The notes: generated by a model not told the origin, from the sequence alone. A stretch of 64,000 nucleotides of DNA from an uncultured Methanoregulaceae archaeon (GCA_963701095.1 OY969564.1:1152001-1216000); one strand, 5' to 3'; positions 20,963 through 32,851 are shown, counted from the first letter of the stretch. Translations and numbers: made by a program.

Positions 20963-21178
20963 ATGACCGAAAGTAAAAAATCCGATAGTCAAAAATTGAT
21001 AGAGTTGCAGATTTACCAGATATCTGTAACCTCACTTCTATCCTTTGCAGCATTTTTATATCTTGCACTCCCGGTGCCGGATCCTATAAGGGTTATTCTC
21101 GCCTTTTTCTTTGCAGCAACATTTGCCATCGGAGTCGATAAATTATTGAACCAGATTTACAACAAACCTGACGAATAG
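20963..21178 (+). CDS. Small 2-TM membrane protein
   Basis: 71-aa ORF with two hydrophobic helices. Confidence 0.55.
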   Translation: MTESKKSDSQKLIELQIYQISVTSLLSFAAFLYLALPVPDPIRVILAFFFAATFAIGVDKLLNQIYNKPDE

Positions 21179-21365
21179 GCCATAATATTCATCAACAAAA
21201 TTCATAAATTCATGAGTTTCTTAAAATTATTCAAAAATTTAAAATTTCAGGATTTTCGTATTCAGATACCCAGGATTTTACATATTTTTCATGAATTTTT
21301 AGATAATTCAGATCGAATGAGATATATAGGATAAAATTTAATCGGAAAAATATACACCGATTTTC

Positions 21366-23153
21366 ATGAAACTCCGGGAAAAAACCCTGCTTATCATTGT
21401 GATCATCCTGATCATTATTATCGGCCTGATCAGTGTTTTTGTCTCATTTGTCTCAATGACAAGTTATAATGCCCTGGAGCAGCGGTATGTGCTTCAGGAC
21501 GTTGACCAGGCAGTAAACAGGCTAAGCGACGAATACGTATCGTTAACATCGATAGTTTCCGATTGGGCTCCCTGGGACGACACCTATTCTTTTGTTAACG
21601 GTCAGGATCCAGACTACATCTCCACGAATTTGTTGCCGGTGATGTACAACAACCTGAGGGTTAACCTCATTGTTATGACCAATAATCAGGGTAAGATTGT
21701 CTATGCCGGCCTGTATGACCTGAACAACCAGTCCTTCCTTGTCATCCCGGGAGATCTCAGCAAAGAGCTCACACCTTCAAACCCTCTGCTTTCTATGAAC
21801 GATCCTATGGCGACAACAACGGGTATTCTAATGCTCGATGGAAAACCTTTCGTTGTTGCATCCCGACCCATCATTTATTCAAATTTTTCCGGAACACCAA
21901 CCGGTGTCGTCATCATGGGGAGGTATCTGGGTCCGGAAGAAGTGACGTATCTGGAGAAACTCACAAAACCTAATCTTTATTTTGTTCCGGTAGGTGATCC
22001 CTCCCTTCCGCCGGAGTTCCTTTCAGCAGTATCTTTCGGACAGAGTCAAAACGTAGAGGTTGCCGTTCCTCAGAACAGGAGTGAGATCACGGGTTATGCG
22101 CTTATAAGGGATGTAACCGGGAAGGGGGTACTGGTTCTTGAGATTATGGAATCCCGGGATATTTACCAGCAGGGAATTACCACAACTATCCAGTATATCT
22201 TCATAGTGCTCGGGGTCGGCCTTCTCTTTGGTGTGGAAATCCTCTTTATTCTCGACAAACTCGTAATCGCACAGTTGAGTGAGCTCGACACCGGTGTGAC
22301 CGCCATCGGGAATTCCGGTGATCTTTCCCTACGCATACCAGAAACCGGCGAAGAAGAGGTAGTCTCCCTCAAACGTTCGCTCAATCAGATGCTCTCCAAA
22401 ATCGAGATGCAGCATAACGATCTTGTCCGGGTGAGACAAGAACTTGCAGTCCGCAACAGGGATCTTGAAGAATTGAACCGGAAAGCGAACTTGTATCTTG
22501 ATATCTATCTCGACACGATTACCTATGAGATCCTGAACGGGACCATGGCATTGAGAGGATACGCGGAAATGCTACATGATGATTTCTGCGTAAACCAACA
22601 CCACATTGCCGACAAGATTTCCGAGATTGCGAAGAAATCTGCCAGGGTAGTTCGAAATATCGAGACAATCAGCCGCATCTATAAGAATCCCCCTCAGATC
22701 CATGAAGTAAACCTTGAATACCTCATAAAAAAGGAGATCGATCTCTACCCGGGAATCTACATCGATCTGGAATACCCGGAAAACTGTTCAAGGATCGTTC
22801 GGGCCAATGATATGCTCGGTGTGGTCTTTGACAATCTCTTCTCTAACAGTTTCAAATTCGGGGGGGAAGATACCAAAATCACCGTCAGCATAAAGAAAAC
22901 GTCGCAGGACCAATTGGAGATCTCCGTTACCGATACAGGACCTGGCATATTTGATGCTATGAAACCACTTGTGTTTGATCGTTTTGTTCAGAACGGTACC
23001 ATGCGCGGGAGTTATGGCCTCGGGCTTCATATTGTCAAAATGTTAGTGGAAAGTTACGGAGGAAAAGTATGGGCCGATGACCGCATTCCCGGTAAACCTG
23101 AACTTGGTGCTGCCATCAGGTTTACCCTGCATTGTGCCTTTTTGGATCGATGA
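21366..23153 (+). CDS. CHASE4-HAMP sensor kinase-like protein with degenerate H-box
   Basis: DWAPWDDTY (CHASE4), TM-HAMP and HATPase boxes; the H-box reads TITYEI. Confidence 0.85.
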   Translation: MKLREKTLLIIVIILIIIIGLISVFVSFVSMTSYNALEQRYVLQDVDQAVNRLSDEYVSLTSIVSDWAPWDDTYSFVNGQDPDYISTNLLPVMYNNLRVNLIVMTNNQGKIVYAGLYDLNNQSFLVIPGDLSKELTPSNPLLSMNDPMATTTGILMLDGKPFVVASRPIIYSNFSGTPTGVVIMGRYLGPEEVTYLEKLTKPNLYFVPVGDPSLPPEFLSAVSFGQSQNVEVAVPQNRSEITGYALIRDVTGKGVLVLEIMESRDIYQQGITTTIQYIFIVLGVGLLFGVEILFILDKLVIAQLSELDTGVTAIGNSGDLSLRIPETGEEEVVSLKRSLNQMLSKIEMQHNDLVRVRQELAVRNRDLEELNRKANLYLDIYLDTITYEILNGTMALRGYAEMLHDDFCVNQHHIADKISEIAKKSARVVRNIETISRIYKNPPQIHEVNLEYLIKKEIDLYPGIYIDLEYPENCSRIVRANDMLGVVFDNLFSNSFKFGGEDTKITVSIKKTSQDQLEISVTDTGPGIFDAMKPLVFDRFVQNGTMRGSYGLGLHIVKMLVESYGGKVWADDRIPGKPELGAAIRFTLHCAFLDR

Positions 23154-23774
23154 GCTGGTTGAAGAATTGAATTTCTGATTTAAAGGTCGTTCATTTTTTG
23201 CGTTGTAGAATTACACTATCGCGATCAGAAAAGCAAAAGAGATCGCGAATCTCGAGAGGTTACTGGGGATCTCCTTAATCTGAAGCCGGTATTTTCTTTT
23301 CACGGTCAACTCTTCTCTAGATAATTTATTATTATATTAATATAAAATACGCTCTAATTGAAAACACTGACAAAAATTACCGGTGGTATAACGAACATAT
23401 AACGGGTTAATCGATATTTTTTACGTCGAATGAATAATTTGTGCAATTCCTCATATGGACAGACAAAAATCGGGGTCTCGGAGAAAACCTCTCAAAAAAG
23501 AGTCCAAAAAGAGCACAATTACGATGTCTCCTTACCCCTTTGCAGACAAACGGTGAGGAGAGAAAATGATGTCGATACACCGGCATATCTGGTGGTATGA
23601 ATTATCATCTGGCAAGGATGTGATATTCATTCGGATTTGTTATTGGGGGATGCCCTAGAGCTAAAAACATCAATAATACAAAGGACACTTTTTGACAGGA
23701 CTTTCACGAACAAATTGGAAAAAAATTGTTATTTCTCGCCGCAAGGCTAATTGAGATTTTCTCTTATTCAACTA

Positions 23775-25227
23775 TTATCTTCTGGCCTTCTTTTTTCCCC
23801 GGGCAAGGGATGCAAAGATCCCGGCCACACACATCACGGTAAAGAAAATAAAGGCCCAGTGCAAGCTCTGCGTAAACTGCGGGTAATTTGCCGGGGTAAT
23901 CTCAACCTGGCCGATGATAATGGAAAAGAGCATCATGGCAATACCCATCGAGAGCATCTGCCCTAAAAGGCGCATGGTTGAGTTAATACCGGAGGCAACG
24001 CCGTAATACTTCTTGTCCACAGCACTCATGATGGCGTTGATGTTCGGTGACGAGAAAAGCCCAAAGCCGATGCCAAGGATGATCAGAACGACGATAATAT
24101 ACCAGAGCGGGGTTGTCTGATCGAGGAAAACAAAAAGGAAGAGACCGAACGCCGTTAGTCCCATCCCAAGAGAGGAGAGGATCAGGGAATCGTATTTGTC
24201 GGAAAGCCTGCCCGCGAAGGGAGAGACTATCATCTGGAAAAACGGGGCTGCGATGAGGATAAAGCCGGCGTATTCAGCTGAAAATCCCTTGGTATACTGC
24301 AGATCGAGGCTTATCAGGAACGCGACCGCATAGGTTGCTGAATAGTTGATCAGTGCAGCTGATATTCGAAAATGCAAAGACCCGGCTTTTGAAAAATAAC
24401 TGCATGTTGAGGACCGGGTGTGCGAGGCGCTGCTCGAACCAGACAAAAAAACCGACCAAAACAACACCGGCTACCACCAGTACTTCACCGGAAATATCCG
24501 GGAGAACCGAGAACCCGTACATGAGTGAAACGAGCGCCACACTGTAGATAAGAGACCCGGCGAGATCGAATTTTTCACCTCTGCATTCCGCCCATTCTCC
24601 CCGGAGTTTCCAGACGATAAGAATAGCAGCGGCAATAGCAATCGGGACGTTGATATAGAAAATGCTCCGCCAGCCGAATTGATCGGTCAGGACACCCCCG
24701 AGGAAGGGCCCGAGAGATAGACCAAGATATACTGAGGTGATATAGATACCAAGCGCTCTTCCCCGTTCACCCGGCGGGAAAACAGCCGTGAGGATGGCAA
24801 TTGCGGTGCCGTAGATCATGGCGGCGCCGATTCCCTGGATAATCCGGACGGTAATCATCTGGTGTTCAGTCGCAACCAGGGTCATTACAAACGAGGCAGC
24901 TCCAAAGACGCAGATACCCCACAGGAAGACCTTTTTCCTTCCCCAAATGTCTGCAATTTTCCCGAACGGGACAAGGAATACCGCCGATGCAAGGAGATAG
25001 GCGGTAGCCACCCAGGAAAGCGAGATTGCATCCATGTGGAATACGGAACCTATGGTAGGAAGTGCAATATTAACAGCTGACGCATCAAACGGCGTAAGGA
25101 AGCCGGCAAGTATTGCAATTAAAAGGACGATACGTTTTTCAGTGGAGGTGACAGTGCGGGCCGGCATGTGGCAGATCGCTGGTTCCTGACCTGAGTCCTG
25201 ATCAATGGCAGGGATATCTGGTGGCAT
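23775..25227 (-). CDS. MFS drug-efflux transporter (DHA2/14-TM-like); frameshift at about 24360
   Basis: D.SAVNIALP, GKIADIWGRK and GPFLGG motifs, continuing in a second frame (GRLSDKY, GLFSSPN). Confidence 0.88.
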
Positions 25228-25319
25228 CGTACTTACTCCTTAACGTCCAAAGGTGGCACAACACGTTTTTTGAAAAGAGGAGATCCGGTCATGGGCTGAT
25301 TCCATCTGCCGGAAGCGAT

Positions 25320-25508
25320 TTAGAACACACCAAACCATGCAATGTACGAAACGATCACCATGATGACAACAAGCCCGATGAGTACCTTGTACGCGCACTT
25401 TTCGCAGATACCAAGGGCTGAAGGATGACAGTCATGGCAGTATTCTGATTTGCAGACCTTACAGGTTGTATTGTCTGCATGGTCCGGGTGATTATCGCAA
25501 CACGTCAT
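25320..25508 (-). CDS. Small B-box-like Zn-finger membrane protein
   Basis: C-x2-H-P...CxxC...CxxC...CxxC followed by a C-terminal TM helix. Confidence 0.65.
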   Translation of the reverse strand: MTCCDNHPDHADNTTCKVCKSEYCHDCHPSALGICEKCAYKVLIGLVVIMVIVSYIAWFGVF

Positions 25509-25599
25509 ACTTCACCAGTTCGGTGTGAAATGGTAAAGATGTGTCGGATGCATTGATTCACGTTTTACATCGGATAAAAAGAGGAGAAGATTAATTGGT

Positions 25600-26922
25600 T
25601 CATGCCGGGTTTTGCGACCGCTTGACAAGGTGAGCTGCCGCATGCGCCGCTTGTTTGAGAATCTCATCCTCACCAGGAATCTCACGTTCCAGCATCAGTA
25701 CGCGGCCGTTACAAACGGTTGTGTCGACGGCTGCGCCACTGCAGGAATATACAAGGTTGGAAGCAGTGTTATGGAGCGGCGTGTTGCAGGCAGTTTTGGT
25801 CGAAACGAGAATAAAATCGGCCGGTGCTCCTTCAGCAAGGACACCGGTGCCAAAACCCAGTGCCTTTGCCCCGTTTGTCGTTGCCATGGCAAGTGCCGCC
25901 GGTGCCGGTAGGATGGTCGGGTCGTTCCAGAAAAATTTCTGTAGCAGGGCGGCAGTCTTTATCTCTTCAAACAAGTCAAGGTTGTTGTTCGAAGCACACC
26001 CATCCGTCCCGATGCAGACGTTTGTCCCGGCGGCGACAAGCTGAGGGTAGGGCAGGGCCCGGTGGGTAGCAAGCTTCATGTTGCTTACCGGGTTGTGGGA
26101 GACGTGCACACCGCGTTTCCCCAGGAGTTCGCATTCAGCGTCATCGAGCCAGCATCCGTGTGCCGCAATTGTCCGGGGGGACAGAATGCCGCACTCATCG
26201 AGCAGTGCTGCAGGTCGTTTCCCATGCTGGAAAATGCAGTCATGTACTTCTTTTTCTGTCTCGGACAGGTGTATGTGGATAGGGACGTTCCCCTCGCGGG
26301 AAAATGACGCACACCATTTTAGTCCTTCGGGAGAGACGGTATAAGGAGCATGCGGCCCGGCAGCGGCATGAATCCGGGGGTTGTTCATCTTACGGATATG
26401 CCGGACAAACGCCTCCGTGGCCTTACACTCGTGTTCCCGTTTCTCGGGATTGCCAAGGTCGATAAATCCATAGCAGAGGAGTGCCCGGATACCAGCCTCA
26501 TCCACTGCACGAGCGGCATCTTCCATGAAGAAATACATGTCATTGAAAGCGGTCGTACCGGTGCGGATCATTTCAAGGCAGGCAAGTCTTGTTCCCCAGT
26601 ATACATCCTCACCGGTCAGGTGAGCTTCAAGAGGCCAGATTTTCTGGGTGAGCCAATCCTGCAGGATCATATCATCAGCATAACCGCGTAACAGTGACAT
26701 GGCTGCATGGGTATGCGTATTGGAAAGCCCCGGTAGTACCAGTGCACGGTCGCCGTCAATGATAAATTCTGCTTCGCCCCGGTGCCGTTTCCGGATCCCC
26801 TCTCCAATATCAGTGATAGTCTCTGACGCATCGATAAAAATGTCAACCGGGCCGGAACTATCAATAACGTTCGTAATAAGGACCGATTTTTTCCCCCCGA
26901 AGATTTCTTCTGTTTCTGTCAT
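25600..26922 (-). CDS. mtaD: 5'-deoxyadenosine/MTA/SAH deaminase (amidohydrolase)
   Basis: NTHTHAAM, HLSET, HNPVSNMKLA and GTDGCASNN motifs; adjacent to an MTAP-family gene. Confidence 0.85.
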   Translation of the reverse strand: MTETEEIFGGKKSVLITNVIDSSGPVDIFIDASETITDIGEGIRKRHRGEAEFIIDGDRALVLPGLSNTHTHAAMSLLRGYADDMILQDWLTQKIWPLEAHLTGEDVYWGTRLACLEMIRTGTTAFNDMYFFMEDAARAVDEAGIRALLCYGFIDLGNPEKREHECKATEAFVRHIRKMNNPRIHAAAGPHAPYTVSPEGLKWCASFSREGNVPIHIHLSETEKEVHDCIFQHGKRPAALLDECGILSPRTIAAHGCWLDDAECELLGKRGVHVSHNPVSNMKLATHRALPYPQLVAAGTNVCIGTDGCASNNNLDLFEEIKTAALLQKFFWNDPTILPAPAALAMATTNGAKALGFGTGVLAEGAPADFILVSTKTACNTPLHNTASNLVYSCSGAAVDTTVCNGRVLMLEREIPGEDEILKQAAHAAAHLVKRSQNPA

Positions 26923-26938
26923 GGTGATTCACCCCGTT

Positions 26939-27613
26939 TTATCCCATCTGCCGGATAATTGCAGTCACAATCTCTTCAGTCCGGTGCCGGTATGTTTTTG
27001 ATGTGGAGAGGATATTGTCGTAAGTAAGCACTTCATCGCTCAGGCCGTTTGCATAATTATCGACAGTGCAGAGTGCGGCAAAGTCCATGCCAAGTTCGCA
27101 CGCGAGCGTTGCTTCAGACGCAATAGTCATGCCAACGATATCAGCGATGCCTGAAAGCGCTTCCACTTCAGCGACGGTTTCGATTCTTGGTCCCCTGGTC
27201 TGGACATAAATGCCCCCGATCCTGGCCTCGGGAACAACACCTGCAAGTTTTTCTGCAAGTGAACGGGTCAGTTCCGGTCTGACATGTTCGATGTCGTGAT
27301 CGTGGATGGAAGGGATATCTGTTATACTGATATAGTCGGTCGGGATCAGGATAGTGCCGGGCGTTATTTCATTTTTGAGCGATCCTGAGGATCCAAACGC
27401 GATGATCCGGTCGACACCGGCGATGGCCATAGCCGCAAGGTTTGCCCGGTAATTGATCCGGTGCGGCGGTCGGCAGTACTGGTGACGCATCAGGATCACA
27501 ATGTCACCGCAGAGAAGGTCGACATTGCCATAGGGTGTGGCAAAACTCTTTTTTTCCAATGTTGGGAGTGTCGAGAAAAGAAGGCTTGTTCCGCCGATGA
27601 TACCGAGCATCAA
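26939..27613 (-). CDS. MTAP-family purine nucleoside phosphorylase (probable methylthioinosine phosphorylase)
   Basis: LGIIGGT, PPHRINYRAN, GPRIET.AE, VGMT and DNYANG motifs. Confidence 0.88.
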   Translation of the reverse strand: MMLGIIGGTSLLFSTLPTLEKKSFATPYGNVDLLCGDIVILMRHQYCRPPHRINYRANLAAMAIAGVDRIIAFGSSGSLKNEITPGTILIPTDYISITDIPSIHDHDIEHVRPELTRSLAEKLAGVVPEARIGGIYVQTRGPRIETVAEVEALSGIADIVGMTIASEATLACELGMDFAALCTVDNYANGLSDEVLTYDNILSTSKTYRHRTEEIVTAIIRQMG

Positions 27614-27762
27614 GGACGCCCCCCTGAAACGTTTTGAGAAATCCTAGGTATAGGTGAGTGCCGGACCATGGAGATTCGTCAAAAGATTGTGTGCCCCGGC
27701 ACTAATACCTAGCGCAGGTTAAACCATCAAACGTAAGAATATCCCGGTTCCTATATCTTCTT

Positions 27763-28958
27763 ATGGGCATGTTCGATACCGTCAGTAACGAAACGATAAA
27801 AAAAGGGGAGTGCACCGACATCTATTTTGTAAGGACTGAAGAGATCCTGGAAAAAGAAAAGGTCAATCCCCTGGTATCCATGGAAGTTACAGCTGCGGCA
27901 CTTCCGGACAGCTGGGGAATTGTCTGCGGGTTGTCCGATGTACTGGCACTCCTTTCCGGCGTACCGGTTACGGTCGACGCAATGCAGGAGGGTACACTCT
28001 TCTTCCCGGGAGAACCGGTGCTCCGCATTACCGGTCATTACCGTGATTTCTGCCGTTACGAGACTGCTATTCTCGGATTCCTCTGTCATGCCTCCGGGAT
28101 CGCAACGGCGACCGCCCATATCATGTGCGAGGCCCGGGTAAACCGGTCTATTCCTTTGGTTCCCGGCGCCAGCACCCGGCAATCGCTACAATGATCGAAC
28201 GGGCCGCATGGGTTGGCGGTGTAGACGGCGTTTCTAACACGTGCGCTCCTGCAGGTATGCCCATCGTCGGGACCATGCCTCATGCGATGGTGATGTGTTT
28301 TCCAACACCGGAAGATGCATGGCGTGCCTTTGACCGCGATGCTTCCGCCGATGTCCCCCGCATTATGCTCTGCGACACGTATTGTGACGAGAAGACGGAA
28401 TCGCTTCATGCAGCCGGATGTGGTGCAACGGCAGTAAGGCTCGACACGCCGCGTTCCCGCCGGGGCAATATGCGTTCAATCATTGAAGAGGTACGCTGGG
28501 AGCTGGACTCCCACGGTTATTCCCGGGTAAAAATCTTCTTGTCGGGGGGCGTTACAAAAGAGGATGTGACCGCGTACCGGGACTGTGCCGACGCGTTTGG
28601 AATCGGGGGTGCAATTGCGAACGCGCCCGTCATCGACTTTGCCATGGATATTGTTGAGATCGACAAAAAGCCAAAAGCAAAAAGGGGAAAGAAGAGCGGG
28701 ATAAAACAGGTCTACCAGCTGGTCTGCGATAAACACCGGACCCTCCCTGTGGGTCAGGTCCCTCCCGCAAATGCCGTCCCGCTTATCAGGAATTTTATTT
28801 TGGACGGCCGGGTCGTCCAGCAGTCTGATATGCAGGAGGCACGGAAACGGGTTCTTGCATTAATACGCCATACCACGGAAACAACCGAGGATAAAACGAA
28901 ACCTGCAAAAAGGAATGGTAAAAACGGCTCACAGAAAAAGGGGAACTTATCCCTGTGA
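27763..28958 (+). CDS. pncB: Nicotinate phosphoribosyltransferase; frameshift at about 28135
   Basis: TDIYF, SGIAT, FGSRR.HP, GTMPHA, VRLDT and LSGG motifs across two ORFs. Confidence 0.88.
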
Positions 28959-29038
28959 ATGAATCCCCAATATATCTGTGATATGCAAGAACGGGCCACC
29001 CAATTCTTTTTACGTATGCCGTGCAACAATAGTAGAGC

Positions 29039-29110
29039 GGGCTGGTGGTAAAGTGGTATTACGCTCCCTTGGCATGGGAGAGGCCGCGGGTTCAATTCCC
29101 GCCCAGTCCA
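29039..29110 (+). tRNA. tRNA-Ala(GGC)
   Basis: GGGCTGG/CCAGTCC acceptor stem with G3:U70; CTCCC-TTGGCAT-GGGAG anticodon arm. Confidence 0.95.
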
Positions 29111-29247
29111 TCATTTTGTAAGATTTTTTTGCTGCTACGGCAAGCCACATACATCCTCAATGGTATTTTCGGCACAACTATTGATTTTCGAGGCAATATT
29201 TGCGGATATTATTTTATACTCCCAAATCCTGCGTACCATTTGAAATC

Positions 29248-29877
29248 ATGCGAATCCGTGACCTGATCCTTCCCGAAGACAAGATCTTTTTTACCCTCTT
29301 TAAGGAGATGGCCCAGAAGATCAACGAGGCGGCGACGACATTAAACGAAATTACCCATGAGTTACCGAACGGCACAGAAAAAGCACACAAGGTTCGCCAG
29401 ATAGAACACCAGGGAGACGAGGTAACCCGGCAGATTTACGAGCATCTCAACGAAGCACTGATAACGCCTCTTGAACCTGATGAGATTGCACGGCTTGCAC
29501 CAGCTTTTGACGATGTGCTGGACAAGATGGACTGGGTAACCCACCAGCTGGCAAATTATGGTATCCAGGAGTCAAATGACGTCCTTAAAGAATATTCATA
29601 CTTAATCACCATGACAGGAACCGAGATTACGCTGGCACTGGACGCCCTTGCCACGCTAAGCAAACCTGATGATGTCAGGGCACATGCATCCGAGATCAAC
29701 CGTCTGTATAACCTCTCGGGGGAACTGCTTTCGCGGGCTGTACTTGAGCTGTTCAAGGCCCAAGATCTCCTTCTGATAATCAAACTCAAGGATATCTACG
29801 AAGGGCTTGCAAAAGTCATGGAAAAATGCAACGATGTTGGCCATGCCCTGTCGGACATCGCGATGGCTCATACATGA
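29248..29877 (+). CDS. DUF47 (PhoU-like) phosphate transport regulator
   Basis: IEHQGD, LITPLE, DDVLD and IKLKDIYE motifs; upstream of PiT. Confidence 0.9.
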   Translation: MRIRDLILPEDKIFFTLFKEMAQKINEAATTLNEITHELPNGTEKAHKVRQIEHQGDEVTRQIYEHLNEALITPLEPDEIARLAPAFDDVLDKMDWVTHQLANYGIQESNDVLKEYSYLITMTGTEITLALDALATLSKPDDVRAHASEINRLYNLSGELLSRAVLELFKAQDLLLIIKLKDIYEGLAKVMEKCNDVGHALSDIAMAHT

Positions 29878-31066
29878 CCGGCTACGATCCTCTCATCATT
29901 TTCGGCATTATCGTAGCTCTTGCCCTTAATTTTATTAACGGGCTTACTGATGCCGCCCAAGGTGTTGCAACAGTAGTAGCTACAAGGGCGCTTTCACCAG
30001 CAAAAGCAGTATTCCTGACCGGGATCTGCAACATGGCGGGACCTTTTATCTTTACGACTGCAGTGGCCGCAACTATCGGGACTGCTATCGTTCATCCCGC
30101 CATGTATACCCCGGAGACTATCATTCTTGCCATGCTCGTTTCCACATCAATTGTTTTTTGCGGGACTCGTATAGGCCTGCCCCTTTCGAGCAGCCATGCA
30201 CTTATCGGCGGCCTTGTGGGATCAAGTATTGCGGCGTTCGGGTTCTCCGCAATAATCTACCCGGCGTGGACTACCCTTGGTCAGGTAGCAGGCTGGAGTA
30301 TCCTTGGCGCTCTCATCGGGGCGGTGACCGTAGCAGGTCTTACCGTAGCATTACACGGAGATTTCCGGCTCGGTCTTATTGTTGGCGCTGTCTGCGGAGC
30401 GGCGCTCGCAATTCCTATATTGATGGTTTTCGGCGTGCTTCAGGTTACCGGGCTGCTTGCCGTCGTTATCTTTATCTTTATATCACCGGTTCTTGGCGCA
30501 GTTACCGCATTTCTTTTCGATGTGCTTGTCTCCCAGCTGTTCAAACGATCGCGGCAGAACCGGATGAAACGCATCTTTTCTCCGCTCCAGATTGCGGCCA
30601 GTCTTTTCCAGGCAACCGGGCATGGGGCAAACGATGGTATGCATGCTGTTGGAGCGATAACCGCACTCCTGGTTTCCGCCGGTATTCTGTCTGCGTTTGA
30701 CGTTCCGACCTGGGTGATTCTTCTTTCGGCAATAGCCATCGGGTTAGGCACTTGTTTTGGCGGCTGGAAAGTTATAGAACGGATGGCAAAGGGGATCACG
30801 AAGATCCGGCCTTACCAGGGATTTTGTGCGGCTACCTCCGGAAGTACAACGCTCGCTTTTGTCACGCTGCATGGTATCCCGGTCTCGTCAAACAACGTCA
30901 TCAGCGGCTCAATAGTTGGTGTCGGCGTGACCCGGGAAAAAATGCAGTTGACTGGAAAGTCGTGCGTGAGATGATGAGTGCGTGGGTGATCACTATTCCG
31001 CTCGCCGCATTGTGCGCTTTTATAGCGTACCTTCTTTGTGCGACGGCTTATTCCGTTCTCTTGTGA
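29874..31066 (+). CDS. Inorganic phosphate transporter (PiT), long form; frameshift at about 30935
   Basis: NGLTDA, PLSSSHALIG, HGAND and GIPVS motifs; C-terminus in the next frame (WVITIP). Confidence 0.88.
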
Positions 31067-31122
31067 GGACTATATTTCGCTATATTTTTTAGTTCCTGTG
31101 ACGATTACCAGTAGGTTTGTGT

Positions 31123-31752
31123 ATGGGACTCCGGGAATTGCTGATACCACAGGACAAGATATTTTTCGAAATGTTTGAACGCCAGGCCGGAACCGTGCGG
31201 GAAGCGGCGTACCAGCTGGTGGCTTTAAGCGAGAACTTTACGAATGTCAAAGAGAAACGTCATGCAATCGAACTTCTTGAGCATCAGGGTGATCAGATAA
31301 CCCACGGCATCTATGAGCAGCTCAACCGCACATTTATCACACCCCTAGATCCGGAAGAGATTTCCCGGCTTGCATCAACGCTGGATGATGTACTGGATTA
31401 TATCGATGGATCGGCGGAGAAGATGTTCTATTACGGTATCGAAAACACAGATATCCATATGGTGGAACTGGCAAAGCTGATCCATCTTTCGACGGTTGAG
31501 ATTGAAGGTGCAGTCAAACGGATCCGTTCGATCAAGGACCCCCGATATGTCGAGGAACGCTGTATAGAGGTGAACAGGCTCGAGAATCTTGCCGATGATG
31601 TGCTTGCCCACGCGGTTATGGATCTCTTCAAGACCAATGACGCTATCCAAATCATCAAACTCAAGGACATCTACGAGAACCTCGAAACGGCAACCGATTA
31701 CTGCGAAGACGTGGCAAACGTCCTCTCTGATATAGCCATCCGGCATTCGTGA
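31123..31752 (+). CDS. DUF47 (PhoU-like) phosphate transport regulator, second copy
   Basis: LEHQGD, FITPLD, DDVLD, LENLAD and TDYCED motifs. Confidence 0.9.
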   Translation: MGLRELLIPQDKIFFEMFERQAGTVREAAYQLVALSENFTNVKEKRHAIELLEHQGDQITHGIYEQLNRTFITPLDPEEISRLASTLDDVLDYIDGSAEKMFYYGIENTDIHMVELAKLIHLSTVEIEGAVKRIRSIKDPRYVEERCIEVNRLENLADDVLAHAVMDLFKTNDAIQIIKLKDIYENLETATDYCEDVANVLSDIAIRHS

Positions 31753-31792
31753 GGCGGTTTACGGTGAACCAGATGATCTTGGGGGGCTTTTT

Positions 31793-32823
31793 ATGATCAC
31801 GCCTCCACTGATACTCATCGGCGCGATCATCGTTATCGCACTTGTTTTTGATTTCACTAACGGTTTTCATGATTCGGCTAATTCCATATCTACAGTAGTG
31901 TCAACAAAAGTCCTTTCACCAAGGAACGCTGTAATTTTTGCTGCATTTTTCAATTTTCTTGCTGCATTCGGGTTTGGTGTAGCTGTTGCGGACACGATTG
32001 CAAGTATCGTAAACCTCAACGTGGTCGCTGCCATCATCATTCCATATATCGTCCTTGCAGCCCTTACCGGGGCCATCAGCTGGAACCTGATCACCTGGTT
32101 CTTTGGTCTGCCCACATCATCATCCCATGCACTTATCGGGGGGCTTGCCGGGGCCGGTATTTCAGCAGCAGGAATAGCGGTTATAAAGTGGTCAACGCTT
32201 GGGCAGGTCACGCTCTTTATGGTGCTCTCGCCGCTTATTGGCCTTACCTGCGGGTTCCTCTTCATGGCCGCGATCCTCTGGATTACCAGAAAATCCAACA
32301 AACCCACAACTGAAGGACATTTCAAGCGGCTTCAGCTCTGTTCCGCGGCAGCTTACAGTTTCAGCCACGGTACAAACGACGCCCAGAAAACGATGGGGAT
32401 CATCGTTCCCCTGCTCTTTTCCATCGGATATTACGGTGCGAGCGCGAATGCGAGCCACCTGTCGGTACCTTACTGGGTGATCATCATTTGTTATACGACA
32501 ATTGCCCTTGGAACCCTTGCCGGTGGATGGCGGATTGTGAAGACCATGGGGTATAAGATTACCAACTCGGCCGGTTCGAAGGTTTTGCTGCCGAAACTGC
32601 AGGGGCCGTAACGATTCTCAGCGCTTCAGCTGCAGGTATCCCGGTAAGCACGACCCATGTGATCTGCGCGTCTATCATGGGCGTAGGCGTGACCGGGGGA
32701 TCGAGTACGGTCAAATGGGGCGTCGCACGAAGCATCATTATTGCGTGGATTCTGACAATTCCCATTAGTGCACTGATCGGGTTCGGAACATTCCAGGCAA
32801 TCAGGATTATTGTCGGGTCCTGA
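31793..32823 (+). CDS. Inorganic phosphate transporter (PiT), second copy; frameshift at about 32570
   Basis: NGFHDSAN, PTSSSHALIG and HGTNDAQK; continues FEGFAAE...GIPVSTTH to TGA at 32823. Confidence 0.88.
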
Positions 32824-32851
32824 AACACGAGAAAACAAAAATCAACCTTTT

